Source: Azolla caroliniana (Eukaryota > Plantae > Polypodiophyta). Taken from it: DNA of 64,000 nucleotides. Each line of letters opens with the position of its first letter. Position 1 is the first letter of the stretch. The stretch lies in contig JBHGNT010000013.1 in assembly GCA_043228905.1 (NCBI GenBank), positions 6,882,001 to 6,946,000 of the forward strand. The letters run 5' to 3'. The position numbers were made by a program, and so were the translations under genes. The notes under the pieces are model-generated. The model saw only the letters and a program-made list of their open reading frames with translations, did not search any database and was not told where the DNA came from. This document shows, one piece after another, positions 25,875 to 39,949 of this stretch.

Positions 25875-28800
25875 GTGGACAATCAAAATGGTCCCTCGAT
25901 GCATGCAATGGGAGCCTTTGTTCTCTCCCCGGAAGAAGAATGCCTTATGGAGAGTGAATTAATACATTTTATATGGGAATCCGTTGTGGTGAAAGTGATA
26001 GGTAGTCGACCTAATAGAGCAATGTTGCGTGACTGGCTGCAAAGCTGTCTACAAGAAGACCTTGGCAAAGTGAAGGACATTGCATTTATGGGAAAGGGGT
26101 TCTACCATGTCACAATGATGCCGGAAACGAATATATGCAAAATTGTCAGGAGCAGCCCACTGATTTGGCACAATGCGAGAGCCTATGTATTCAATTGGGA
26201 TGTAGACTTTGACATGTGTAAAGTTGATGCTTGTATCGGCAATCCTACAATGGTAACAAACTTTTTCCCTAGCTTACCGAAGCAATGGGAGTCCTTTCTC
26301 CCGGCCATTGGCAAAAGTATGGGAGGTCAATGCCTGGAAAAAACTCTTGCACAGAACAAATGTCTGACCATGTACAAACTGTGGAGTATGCGGACCTCCT
26401 AGGGCAATGCTTTGCATGTAGACAGATGGGGCACAGGGCCCGAGAATGCCCTAGAGGTAAGGAGAACATGCATCATGGAAATGGGAGGCAAGGACGGAAA
26501 AGTAAAACAAGTCTGATGCAATACAATAATCAACAAATAAACCATGAAATAAGTAAGAATGAAGGTGGATGGAAATATACACTTATAAAGGCAAACAAAA
26601 AGTCATGGTCAGACAAGAATGGCTCCCACTTAGAAACAAATAGGCACTCTTAACCTTAGAGGACAATGAAAACAAACCTAATGAAAGGGAAGCAAGAACG
26701 AAGGCAACTCATGAGAGCAATTATGTGGAAGCAATTAATAATATGCAGAAACTACAACAGGAAGACAATTTGGTAGGGGATGATATTGACCGATGCATCA
26801 TGAAAGTGAGGTAGGAGAATTAAATGTAGGGAAGGTCGTAAGCCCCTTGAAAGAGCAAGCTAAGTCATTGGTGACAACCCAATATATTAAGGGGATAGCA
26901 AAAATGAAAAGGCACATGCGTCTTAGAAAAAAGGAGGGGAATGGGATGGAAAAAAATAAAGGGATGCGCAAATGGCCAAGAGTGAACTGGAATCTTCAAT
27001 ACAAGGCGGCCCCTGTCTCAAATACTAGACAACAGATCAAATTGAAACTGAAAGGCAAAAAGTGGTTCAAGGAAATATGTGGAAGTGAGATGAAGAAGGA
27101 CAACATGTGTAGAGTCAATATATATGGTAAATGTCATGATATGGAAAGACTCGAACCCATGACCTTATGGTATATGGGTCGAGCTCTTAACCATCACACC
27201 ATCTATTGCAATTCAAAGGATATTATTTTCATTTATGTTTTATTATAAGAAAGTAATGTATATTCCAGATTCTCTGGAACATTCTAGAAGTTTCTAGAAG
27301 TAATGTATATTCCAGATTACTCCTGACAACACTATAAAAGAAGGCACTAGGCATTATGTTGAACCAAATTGGTTCAAACTATCCGGAATAGTACTAAAGC
27401 AGAGATGGAATTAGTACTAAGAAGAGTAGTAGATGGTCGTCCCATTGCTTCCGGGAATATTGTAGAAGAATCAGAACCCATTCAAGTTGTCCTAGGTAGT
27501 TTTGTGTGTGTAATATCATTTAATATAATTAGTAGTCCAGAGCATCCCATTGTCCTAGGATTACCTTGGTTTGAATTACATAATCCAGCCATAGATTGGA
27601 GGACAAGAGAAGTCCGATATCGACCACCCCAAGAATCTACTCACTGAGTTTCGACCATTTCACTCCATCAATTACGCGAAGAAGGACACAAGGAGGCAAT
27701 GTTCCTATTTGCAATATCAGTACACCCTTCTAGCACTATTAAGAAGGACTCCTCAGTACAACTTCCGGCAAAATATCATCCTTATGCCGATGTATTTGAC
27801 AAGGTAAAAGCCGGTACCCTTCCTCATCACCGTCCCTATGACTGTCCCATCGATTTACAACCAGGAACCGAGCCACCATGGGGACCAATTTACAACTTGT
27901 CACCCACCAAGTTAGAAGTCCTTCGAGCCTACATAGAGGAGAACTTGGCAAGCGGGTTCATCCGTCATTCGAAATCTCCGGCCGGTGCACCCATCTTCTT
28001 TGTCAAGAAGAAAGATGGCTCACTTCGTCTCGTCGTTGATTACCGCGGATTGAATAAGGTCACCATCCGGAATAGGTATGCACTTCCTCTTATATCAAGT
28101 CTTTTAGAGCGAGTTAATGGTGCCAAGTTTTTTACCAAAATCGATCTACGAGGACCGTATAACCTCGTGCGGTTCCGACCGGGAGATGAATGGAAGACCG
28201 CCTTTCGCACGCGGTATGGGCATTTCAAGTATACTGTTATGCCGTTCGGCCTAACCAACGCACCCGCAGTCTTCCAACACATGGCAAATGATATATTTAG
28301 AGACCTCTTGGATATCTGTTTGATCATCTATCTTGATGATCTATTGATTTATTCGAAGACCCAGCAAGAGCACGATTCTCATGTACTATTAGTACTAAAG
28401 CGACTTCGCGAGAATGGTCTTTATGCCAAGCTAGAAAAATGTAGCTTCGACTGCAAGCAAGTGGAATTTCTAGGCTACGTCATCTCCTCAAAGGGCATCG
28501 CCATGGATCGAGCTAAAGTCCAAACTATACTAGAGTGGCAAATTCCACGGTTGGTACGAGATGTACAATGTTTTCTAGGTTTTGCTAACTTCTACCGTAA
28601 GTTTATACAGGATTACTCGAAGATTATCCTACCCCTCACACAACTTACGAAGAAGGGCCAAGCATTTCTTTGGTCCATTGAAGCATATATGGCTTTTCGG
28701 CATCTTAAGAAAGCCTTTACATCAGCACCGATTCTAGCTCATGTGGATACTAGCAAACCATTCATCATGGAGGCCGATGCTTCAGATTTCGCCCTCGGTA

Positions 28801-31073
28801 GCATCCTTTCTCAACAAGGAGATAAAGAAGAGTTGCATCCGGTGGCTTTCCATTCGCGCAAATTCGATGTTGCGGAAATCAACTACGAAATACATGACAA
28901 GGAGTTATTAGCCATCGTGGATTCATTTGTGCAATGGCGGCATTTCTTAGAGGGCTCTCCACATCAGGTCGTTGTCTTTAGTGATCATAAAAATCTTGCT
29001 TATTTCCAGAACGCTCGCGTATTAAATCAACGACAAGCTTGGTGGGCGCAATTCCTCACGCGTTTCGACTTCAAAATCACACATCGACCGGGGAAGCAGC
29101 AAGGAAAAGCAGATGCACTATCACGACATTCATATCTTGCACCTCGTCCTGGTGATCCAACATTTGATAATCAAAGGCAAGTAATCTTGGGACCAACACG
29201 ATTGCACACGACGCGGATTTTTCACACCCCGATGGATTCATGGATTACCGATGACATACGTGCAAACTTGAAGACGGATAGTTTTGCTCAAGACATCCCG
29301 GCGCACATTGATACTTCTCGGGCATCCTGTTCTCAGTCTCAACAACCAGGTATTGACTACCGACAATTCGAATATCATGATGGTTTGTTATTCTTTAAAA
29401 AGCGCGTATATGTCCCCGATTGCTCCTGTCGCCTTCACATCGTCCAACATTGTCACGACACCCATACAGCGGGACATTTCGGTAGTACTAAGACGTTGGA
29501 GCTAGTGTAGCGATCTTTTTGGTGGCCCCACATGCGCCGTTTTGTCGACGACTACGTTCGAACCTGTGATGCTTGCTGCCGAGCAAAGATGCCACGACAC
29601 CATCCATATGGCTTGTTGGAACCCTTACCGATTCCAAGTAAACCGTGGCAATCTATTTGTCTTGATTTTATCATAGATCTACCGGTCTCGCAGGGGTTCG
29701 ATGCTATCTTAACCGTCGTCGATCGATATATGAAGATGGCACATTTTGTTCTGTGTACTAAGGCCATCACTAGCGAGGAAACCGCCGCCCTAGTCATGCG
29801 TGAGGTATTTCGGCATCATGGCCTCCCAAATAGTATCATCAGTGACCGAGGACCGCAATTTGTCTCCAAATTTTGGCAGCATCTCTTCAAGATGCTCAAG
29901 GTCTCTTGCAACCTCTCCTCTGGCTACCATCCTCAGACCGATGGGCAGGCAGAACGAACAAACCAAACGCTGGAGCAATATCTCCGGTGTTTCCTGAGTT
30001 ATCAACAGGACGATTGGGCCGAGATTCTCCACTTTGCGAAGTTTGCGTATAATAATGCTGTTCACTCGACTCGAGTCTCCCCATTCTACGCTTATACCGG
30101 TTCTCATCCTCGCTGGTCGGTGATCGACACCCCTGAGCTACCTACCAATCCTCGTGCCGGGGATCATTTGGAGAGACTACGCAAGATCCAGACAGATCTC
30201 TCGACTCATCTTCATCATGCTCAACAGACACAAAAGACTTACGCGGATCGTCATCGGCTTCCCTCCTCTTTTGCCATCGGAGATCGAGTATGGCTCTTAC
30301 GTCGTCACATCAAGACTACTCGACCGTGCGACAAGTTGGATTATCGACGACTCGGTCCTTTCCGTATTACGGGTAATGTTAATGATGTCACATTCCGCCT
30401 TGATCTCCCTCTGCAGCTTCAGATACATCCGGTTTTCCATTGTTCTCTTCTTGAACCTTATAAAGCAAACACCATTCCCGATCGTGTTACACCACTGCCG
30501 CCCCCGCTGGAGTTGGACGCCGGCCCAAAGTATGAAGTTTCTGCCATCCTCGATTCCAAACTTATTCGCAACAAACTTTATTATTTGGTCGATTGGGTTG
30601 GTTATAGTCCGAGCGAACGCACTTGGGAACCCGTCGAGCATGTTGCCAATGCTCAGGATCTGCTTGCTGATTTTCACCGAAAGTATCCGGACAAACCCGG
30701 TCCGCAGTCAGTGCCGACTCGTTCCACTCGTCGTCTTTAAGGGGGAGATAGTGTCATGATATGGCAAGACTCGAACCCATGAACTTATGGTATATGGGTC
30801 GAGCTCTTAACCATCACGCCATCTATTGTAATTCATAGGATATTATTTTCATTTATGTTTTATTATAAGAAAGTAATGTATATTCCAGATTTCTCTGGAA
30901 CATTCTAGAAGTTTCAGGATTACTCCTGACAACACTATAAAAGAAGGCACTAGGCATTATGTTGAACCAAATTGGTTCAACGCCAGTCTTAAGCCTCTTA
31001 GCCGCTTTGTACTTATCTTTTCACATAATATATTAGCTGTTGTCATCATCTTTCTCTCTCTCTCTCATCCTCG

Positions 31074-31115
<42 letters not shown>

Positions 31116-31611
31116 CTCACTTCCTCTCTCGGGAATCTTACGCAGTCCCGTCCTCTTAGTACTAATAGTACTACTCTTCTTAGTACTAATTCCATCTCTG
31201 CTTTAGTACTATTCCTGACAGTAAATGTATTGATGAAGGACGGATCGCTGGTCTGTCCTATATTCTGGTCATTGGAAATAAGGAACCACACAGTAGAAAG
31301 AAGCACTCAGATGTTTGGAACAACAAATGGATGCTTATGTAGACTCATCATATGGTACCGCAATAGGGGTGAAAATGAAAAGACAATGGAAAGATGCCTT
31401 GATTTGGAGTTCAGGCAAGGCGAATGAACAAGGCATATTCTACATAAATGTGAAAGTTAGGAAGCTTCCTAAACTGATCACGGAATTCATGGTATACATC
31501 CCTGAAATGCTGACACAGTTGGAAGAGGAAAATCTCCAAGAGAGGATATTAGCTACCATAGTGGAAGCGGAAAATGCGTTTGCTGGGCCACAGAAGATGC
31601 AGGTTATATGA
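25875..31611 (+). pseudogene. LINE ORF1 (DUF4283-like region and zinc knuckle), frameshifted and interrupted by 27132-31220
   Basis: VVVKVIGSRPNRAMLRDW..MGKGFY and CFACRQMGHRAREC. Its stop overlaps the ORF2 start as ATGA at 31608-31611. Confidence 0.75.
27132..31220 (+). mobile_element. Tcn1-like chromovirus #1, gag-less: rearranged 5' LTR 27132-27431, 3' LTR 30752-31220, pol remnant 27432-30740
   Basis: TSD GTAAA/GTAAA and PPT AAGGGGGAGATAG. RT YLDD, RNase H, integrase and a type-I chromodomain (YEVSAILDSK..YYLVDWVGY..TWEP). Stops near 27645 and 29508. Confidence 0.95.
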
Positions 31612-32897
31612 ATCTTAGCTTGCTAACTTGGAATATACAAGGAATTGGTGGCACCCAATTCCAGATGAAAAAGAATGTATTGGATGCTGAAATTCAACGT
31701 TGCATTGAGCCAGTGGTGCTTGATGTTATCTTGGTGTAGGAGCACCATCTAGATGGGTATAAGTCGATAAAATTGGAAGCATTTGCCTTGGGAATTGGAC
31801 CAATACATGGTCAACAACTATGGTGGATAGGCAGATTCATGGGGGGGTACTTATAGCTATGAAAGCTAAGTTTACTGCTGACTATACAGGTAGGGGGAGT
31901 TTAATAGAGGGTCGTGCTGTCTACATAAGGATAAAACATAGTGTGGGCACTTGGGCATACTGAACATATATGCCCGAAATTCAACTGTTGAAAGACAATA
32001 ATTCTAGTTGCAATTAGTGGCCAAGAAACCATATGCTAAGTTGTGGATCATTGGAGGAGACTTTAATATGGTGGAGCATCCATAAGATAGAAGAGGCAAT
32101 GCAAATGGCATGGTGCTGTTGGGATTACGGTCCCCCCGGATGGGATGGTCAGATGTCCGGGAATCGGGAATGAAGACCCGAATGAGGAGTACCCGGTATC
32201 GGAACCGGATGATGAAGACCCGATTTCGGAACCGGATGATGAAGACCCGGTTACGGAACCGGATGATGAAGACCCGGTTTCGGAACCGGATGATGAAGAC
32301 CCGGCTACGGAGCCGGATGACGAATGTACCCGGAGAGAGATCCGGATGCGAGGACATATTTGTGAATATGTTTGCCAAGGGCCCTCGAGGCTATATTTGT
32401 AAATAGCCCGAAAGTCATATGTGTATAAATATGACTTAGGGCAAATAGTTTGTTTTAGTTGTTGCTCATTTTTCTGTTTTCCACTTAAAGAGTGAGAGAG
32501 AGTGAGAGAGAGAGAGAGAAAGGAAGAGGTAGACGCCTCTGTGTAATACCGCCGCCTGTGGCGAGGACATCGAGCTCAAGGTCATCGCCTTGCAGCTCGC
32601 CATTGTACATTCCCTGCATATAGTGATAGTTGGAGTCTTGCACTCCCGTGGTTTTTCCCGTCTAGGGTTTTCCACGCTAAACCCTGTGCATTCGAGTCTC
32701 TCTCTGTGTTTTTCGATTTACTACTGCATTGATTCGTGTTTCCTCGGTTGTGGCCGAGAGGTGAAGGTTTTGGAAAGCGCCAATTCCTAACAATCTGGTA
32801 TCAGAGCGACTGCAGTGCAGAAAATGGAAGGCGGCAGCAGCGGGCAGCCGGGGATGATGGTGCTGAATGCGTAGAACTACGCCGACTGGAAGATAAA

Positions 32898-35800
32898 TAT
32901 TAGAGATTAGGTACTAAAGTAAGCATAAAATAAGGATATCTCAATGATAGATCTAGAAAGAATAGAGAGAAAAGAGAGAAAGAAGGGTGCCGATCCACCC
33001 GACCACCCCCGAGCGAAGGGATCGAGACGGACTCGAGCCTCGATCGGCGTCCCATACCACCGCCTTGGCGTCGAGTCGTACCTGGACGATAGCGCGCTTG
33101 CTACAAGAGTCGTTCCACTCACGGACAGAGTCTCGACGTAGTCAATGCATGCCCAAATGAGGGTAGCTAGGCCTCTTATTTATAGTAATTCTCAAGGCCC
33201 CCAGCCATGTTCACACTTGGCCTCATGGGTTGTCTCAATCCCGAGGATTAAAAGTAATCCTCCCCTTCTTTAGACTCTTTGTTTAACCCTCACACTTATC
33301 CACGTGTATAGAATACTACGACAATTCTCACCACGGGATATTATATGGTCATGCCCGTAACATACTCCCCCTCTTTAAAACATTGCACTCTTGCAATGGA
33401 AAGTTAGGGAAGTTAGTTCTTAGAGTCGTTTCGCGTTCCCATGTGGCATCTTTGATTGATTTATCCATCCATTTTATTTTAAATTCTCGGATTTCCTTAG
33501 CACGTAATTTTTTTGTTTTAACATCGAGAATTCTTTCTGGTACATGTGGTTTAGAAGATAAATCTTCAGAAGTAACCAGAGTTTCAGTTGTAACTGTATT
33601 GTCGCCAGAACCTAGAAGTTCTTTTAGACGACTTACATGAAAGACTGGATGGATTCCAACACCATCGAGAAGAGCGAGACGATAGGCTGATGATCCAATG
33701 CGTTTGAGGACTGTAAAAGGTCCACAAAACCGTGGGGCTAACTTAGCGCACTTACCCGTAGACAATGTCTTAGAATTGTGAGGTACACGTAAAAATACCT
33801 TCTGTCCAGGGCTGAATACACGAGGTTGCCTGTGATGATCGGCATAAAAACGCGCTCTATCTTGAGCTGTTTTTATATTATCCCGTGCAATATGCAACAT
33901 ATCTTGCATATCCCGAAGAAAGTTTTGCGTACTTCGCAACTCATCATGATGTATATTAACATCAATCGGGGCTCGTGGCTGAAATCCATACATCAACATA
34001 AAAGGACTATATCCCGTCGACGTATGCTTGGAGCTGTTATAAGCAAACTCCAAAATTGGGAGGTAACGTTCCCATTTTGTTGGTTTTGCACCAACGTATG
34101 CTTGAAGCATGTCCTCAATAATTTGATTTACTCGTTCTGTCTGTCCATCGGATTGAGGATGATCCGTGGAGCTCATGCTCAACGTAGTTTCTAACTTCTT
34201 AAAGACTTGCGTCCAGAAGTCACTAGTAAACTTCGGATCTCGGTCACTCACGATATCCATCGGTAACCCGTAAAAACGAAATAACTCATCAACGAATTGG
34301 TAAGCCAATTCAGGAGCTGTTACCGTGGTTTTAGTAGCAATAAATCTGGCCATTTTAGTTGGTCTGTCAACCAAAACCCATATGGCATCATGACCTTTTT
34401 GGGTGCGAGGAAGGCTAACAATAAAATCCATGGATATACTTTCCCACTTATTATTGGGAATGTCCAAGGGATGTAAAAGTCCTGCGGCTTTAAGTCGCTC
34501 GGCTTTGTTAACCTGACATTGGTGACATTTAGTCACATAGCTATGTATGTCAGGACGCATCTTAGGCCAATAAAATTGAGTGGAGATGAGAACGAGTGTA
34601 CGATGTATTCCAGGGTGCCCTGCTGAGGGTGCATCATGGCATTCAAAAAGAATTCTCTTTTTGACCTCAGGTAAATCTGGAACACAAACCTTCCCATTAC
34701 GGTAGAGCAGACCGTTAGCAATGTGGAAGTATTCCTTCGAGGGTGTGGTGGTGTCTGTTCCAGACTCGACTCTTGCCCAGTATTTTGCAAAATAATTGTC
34801 ATCAGGATACTTTCCTCGAAGGTGATCATAAAGATCTGATGTTATTTCAGTGAAGCTAAGCATGTTAACTTCACGGATGCGACTTAGTGCATCAGCGACA
34901 GTATTCATGGAACCTTTACGATATCGTATGGAAAAATCAAAGTCCTGGATGAGATCAGCCCATCGTGCCTTACGACCTTTCAGGTCTTGTTGGTCACAAA
35001 AATATTTCAAGGACTCGTGGTCTGTAGTTACCACAAAGCGATTTCCATAAAGATAATGGCGCCATGTTTTGAGCGCATGTATAACCGCAAATAATTCCTT
35101 TTCTTGAACAGTATACCGACATTGAGCAGAATCAAGTTTCTTACTCTCGAATGCTATTGGTTTACCATCTTGATACAAGACAACACCAATAGCATAATCG
35201 CTTGCGTCGGTTTCAACCTCAAAAGGTTTTGAAGGATCGGGTAAAAGAAGTGAAGGAGCCTTGCATACCAAGTCCTTGAGTTCCTTAAAGGCGAGGTCTA
35301 GTGTAGCATTCCACACAATAGGTTTTGTAGACTTACGCGTTTGACCTTTTAGAAGATCAGTAAACGGCGTCGTCAATTGTGAGTAATTACGAAGAGATTT
35401 TCGCAAAAATCCGACAAAACCAAGGAATGATCGAACTTCTCGAATATTCCGAAGAGTGGGCCAAAGCTTGATTTTCTCGATGCGAGAAGGATCAATTTCA
35501 ACTCCTCGTTCGGTTATGAGATGTCCAAGATAAGTAATTGATTTCTTGAAGAACTCACATTTTGAGATCTTCGCGTAAAATTGTTTGTCACGCAATATTT
35601 GTAAAACAAAGCGGACATGTCTAGCATGTTCTTGTAATGTACGGCTATAAACTAAAATATCATCTAAGAAGATAACGACAAATTTTCCAAGTTGTTCTCG
35701 GAAAATGTCATTCATTTCTTGTTGAAATGTAGCCGGAGCATTGGTCAAACCAAAAGGCATAACCAAAAACTCATAATGGCCGTAGCGCGTACGAAATGCT

Positions 35801-38800
35801 GTTTTAGGAACATCGTCCTCACTTATTCGTATTTGATGGTAGCCAGTACGGAGATCAAGTTTCGTAAAATACCGAGCTCCCTGGAGACGGTCAATTAGAT
35901 CGTCAGCCCGGGGCAATGGGTACGAATTCTTGATCGTCACTTTATTCAAGCGTCGGTAATTAATACACATACGCCATGTGCCCTCTTTCTTTTTAACCAA
36001 GAGAACTGGTGCACCCCATGGAGATTTACTATAACGTATATAACCCATTCGTAAATAGTCCTTAAGTTGCTTAGCTACCTCATCCTCTTCAGATCGACTT
36101 AGGCGATACGGAGGTATACTAATGGGTGCAATGCCAGGTACAATATCTATACGATGGTCTATATTACGTTTAGGAGGTAAACCATCGGGTAGTTCACTTG
36201 GAAAAACATCACGAAAATCGTTTACGATTTCATCAAGTTGTTTTTGTTCAAAATATGTTAATTGACCCGAGACATTATCGATATTGTAAACGTGAATGTC
36301 CGGATCAAGTACACAATAAAATAACGTAGAACAAGACAACTCGGATATTGATGGACACGAGGAAACAATCGAGAGGGATTGTTTTGTTACACATTGAATA
36401 AAATGCGTACAATCGTTGAGTACAAAAGAAATGGAATGGCGAACCCAATCAATAAATAAAGAAGAGCTTTTATTATAAAACCAGGGATAACCCAGTATTA
36501 CATCGGTGGTACTAAGATTCATTACATGGAAGTCTACTTCCTCTATATAGGTATCAATAGAAATTCCTAAAGAATGAATCGCCCCGTTGATGTGTTGTAC
36601 TCTTCCATCAGCCAAGTGCACCGTGTAGGTGTGATCACTTACGGTGGGTTGGATTCCCCATATCTATACCAAACGATCATTCACAAAATTGTGTGAGCTT
36701 CCCGAATCAAATAAAAATTGTACGGGAGATCCATTGATATACCCGTTTGCACGTAGTAAATCATTGGGACCCAATACATAATGAGGGAAAGAACATTGAC
36801 AATTACTCAAATGATGTGTATAGACCTGAAGGACATTAGGAATCTGACCTTTATGGTCTGTAGCTTTAGGTTTGGCGTCGTGCTCTTTTCGTTGGAGCTT
36901 ACGACATTGCTCTTTTGTATGACCCTTCTTTTTGCAGAATACGCAAAAAGGATGTTGTCGCTTATAATCGCGATCCATGAATTCGTTGGGTGTCTTGCGT
37001 TTCCCAACGAATTGCGACTGCTTAGTCCCGGGCGCTTCGTTGGGTTTGTTATGGTCCTTCTTCGAAGTGCGTTGATAGCGAAGAACTATCTCAACGGCCT
37101 CTTCGAAGGATTTTGGATCCTTATCGTGCACTATCCAGTGATAGTCCGAATTGGGGATGCCATTGACAAAACAAGCTATTAACCAATTGTCCCCTTCTAG
37201 ACCCGATTTTTGGATTTGGGTTCTAGCATGGTGGACATAGTCTTCTAGCGAGGAAAACTTCCTGCTAGAGAGGTTCATTAAGGCTTGTGCTGCCTCGGTT
37301 CGAGAGGGAGGTTGTAGAAATTGACCCTTGAAAACTGTGACAAAGTCTGTCCAGGTCTCGGGCAATCTCCCCAAAGTTCGGAGCCCACGCCACCAAGCGG
37401 CGGCCTTACCCCCTAGTTCTCGGCCGACATATGCAATCTTCGTACTATCTGGCGTGGGATAGAGCTCAAAATGAGACTCCCATCGGCCCAGCCACGTGCA
37501 GATTGCTTCTTCGGTTCTTTCCTTTTTATCTCCCGTAAATGGCTTTACGACAAATGATGGTTCACCCTGACGCTCATCAGGTCTATTAATCTCATTTTGG
37601 AGACTAATGACTCGTGCCTCGAGAGCACTTTGAGATTGCCGAAATTCGGTCAACTGCTGCGCGGTTGAACTTAGGAAATGTTGTACTTGTAAAATATACG
37701 CCTCAATGGACATTGTCCCAGGAGGATTTCCTTGAGGTCTTTCCGCTTGAGCGGAGGGCATCGGGTCGTTATTCTGAGCCATTGAATGATTATTTCTGGC
37801 AAAGAAATAAGATAAGGTCAGACAAATAGTCATAACATCTTGTCGTGGTGTAAACATATCATGGGCAAACATTAATCGATATCATGATCTCACGTCAATA
37901 CCCCTCTAGACGTATGAGATGAGGTTCAAGATCAGGTTACTATGGTAACACAGAGGTGTTTTAAAAACCATGGGGGTGACAAATGAATGCCTTTCCCTGA
38001 TCTCTATATCGATTTTTTTCATGGCGGCTCCCCGAGGCTCAACCATGTATGTTCGCGTCATGAATAGTTTATACACGAAAAAAATGTTAACAATAACTAT
38101 GTTTCTGTGCCCACATATGTGGTTTCGGCTCTTTAAGTCCTATTACGAGGACCCCGAAGTGCACTTAGACCTAAAGTCTAAACATGTATTATAGTCATAT
38201 GTATCAACGATGTTGTATGGTGTTGGTCATATTTGAACTCGAGACCTCGAGGACAAATACATTAAACACTTGAGCCAACCAAGTAGATTGCGCGTCTTGA
38301 ATGTTTAATGTTTGAGGCGTATTCGAGATATGCGAGGCATTTGCCCCTATATGTTTTTTTAAAAGAAACATATAGGTCAAGTGGCCTTATTTCTCCCTCA
38401 TTTATTACCCACTATGGTTTTACGCTACCTACCCTCAAGCCTCGTAAGTACAATGGCATATGCCAAAGTGTAACCTAATGGTCAAGCCGAATGAGCCCTT
38501 GTGTCTTCGTAGGCTCATGTGGCCCATCACATGGTCACGTCATTACGAATGGCGCTCGTAAGAACGAGCTCATGGTGGCATCGTATCCATGTAACGAGGG
38601 GAGATGTTGGATACGTGTGTCATTAGAGCGACCCTACTTGATGTGGATCAAGCCCGACGTATTCAACATCATTTTGGCTATACGAGGTTCGTTACGTAAC
38701 GAAAGATCAAAGTGACCAACGGGAATTTCAACAATAAAAATTGTTGATAAAAGGGATGGTGACAACGCCATTCTCACAAAAATGTGAGGACGGCCACCAA

Positions 38801-39949
38801 AATCCTCTCCCCAATTAGGAAAACATTTGATATGAATCACGTAATCTAAAATATACACATATGTCAATATATCACATATATACGATCAGAGACGTATATA
38901 AGTGACCACATATGCGTATACTAAATGAATCGTTTTTTTTATATAGCCAACAATGATGTATTCGGGATACGTAATCGAGGCATATACCTCTACGCACACG
39001 AAACATCCGAAAATAAGGTTAAGCGTAATTCGCAATTGAGGTATTGACCTCTTACGCATAGTAAATCCAACGCATATCATTTCGAACGAAGCGAGGTATT
39101 GACCTCGTACGCGAACGTAACATATGTTCGTGAACGTAATACGCAATTGAGGTAGTAACCTCGTACGCATACGACACTCATCACATATGATTTATATGTC
39201 AAACGAGGTATTGACCTCGTGGACATATGTAAACGTTTAAGATAACCAATTAAATACCACGTCAACATCATTGAATATATGAAAAAAAAAAAAAACTACA
39301 TATTAAGTATACACATGTATAGAAGGGAGAAGAAAAATTAGATAAAAAATTAAGGAAAATTTACCGAAGTTCTTTCGCTAATCCTTGTCTGCATGAAGGC
39401 GACCGCACAACGATCAATCGCCATCCCACGCGAAGACAAAAAGAAAACCAAAAGAAACGTTAGTACATTCGCTCTGATACCAAATATTAGAGATTAGGTA
39501 CTAAAGTAAGCATAAAATAAGGATATCTCAATGATAGATCTAGAAAGAATAGAGAGAAAAGAGAGAAAGAAGGGTGCCGATCCACCCGACCACCCCCGAG
39601 CGAAGGGATCGAGACGGACTCGAGCCTCGATCGGCGTCCCATACCACCGCCTTGGCGTCGAGTCGTACCTGGACGATAGCGCGCTTGCTACAAGAGTCGT
39701 TCCACTCACGGACAGAGTCTCGACGTAGTCAATGCATGCCCAAATGAGGGTAGCTAGGCCTCTTATTTATAGTAATTCTCAAGGCCCCCAGCCATGTTCA
39801 CACTTGGCCTCATGGGTTGTCTCAATCCCGAGGATTAAAAGTAATCCTCCCCTTCTTTAGACTCTTTGTTTAACCCTCACACTTATCCACGTGTATAGAA
39901 TACTACGACAATTCTCACCACGGGATATTATATGGTCATGCCCGTAACA
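32898..39949 (-). mobile_element. tRNA-iMet-primed chromovirus (Ty3/gypsy): 5' LTR 39485-39949, 3' LTR 32898-33362
   Basis: TSD ATAAA/ATAAA. 465-bp LTRs with no difference I could find. PBS at 39471-39482, PPT AAAGAGGGGGAGTA at 33363-33376. Confidence 0.96.
33349..37782 (-). pseudogene. gag-pol of the chromovirus; single frame with one in-frame TAG (36664-36666) in the protease
   Basis: Gag zinc knuckle CVFCKKKGHTKEQC, PR LFDSGSSHNF, RT FLDD, RH, INT ISMDFI, C-terminal chromodomain-like PERILD..KIKW..ATWE. Confidence 0.92.

Noticed and set aside
32110-32406. ORFs with EPDDEDPVS or RNRMMKT repeats (also 53791-54109)
   Set aside because: Translation artefacts of the 27-bp LTR tandem repeat.
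38970-39225. CRISPR array
   Set aside because: Eukaryotic retroelement leader, 14-bp motif, partly related spacers, no cas genes.
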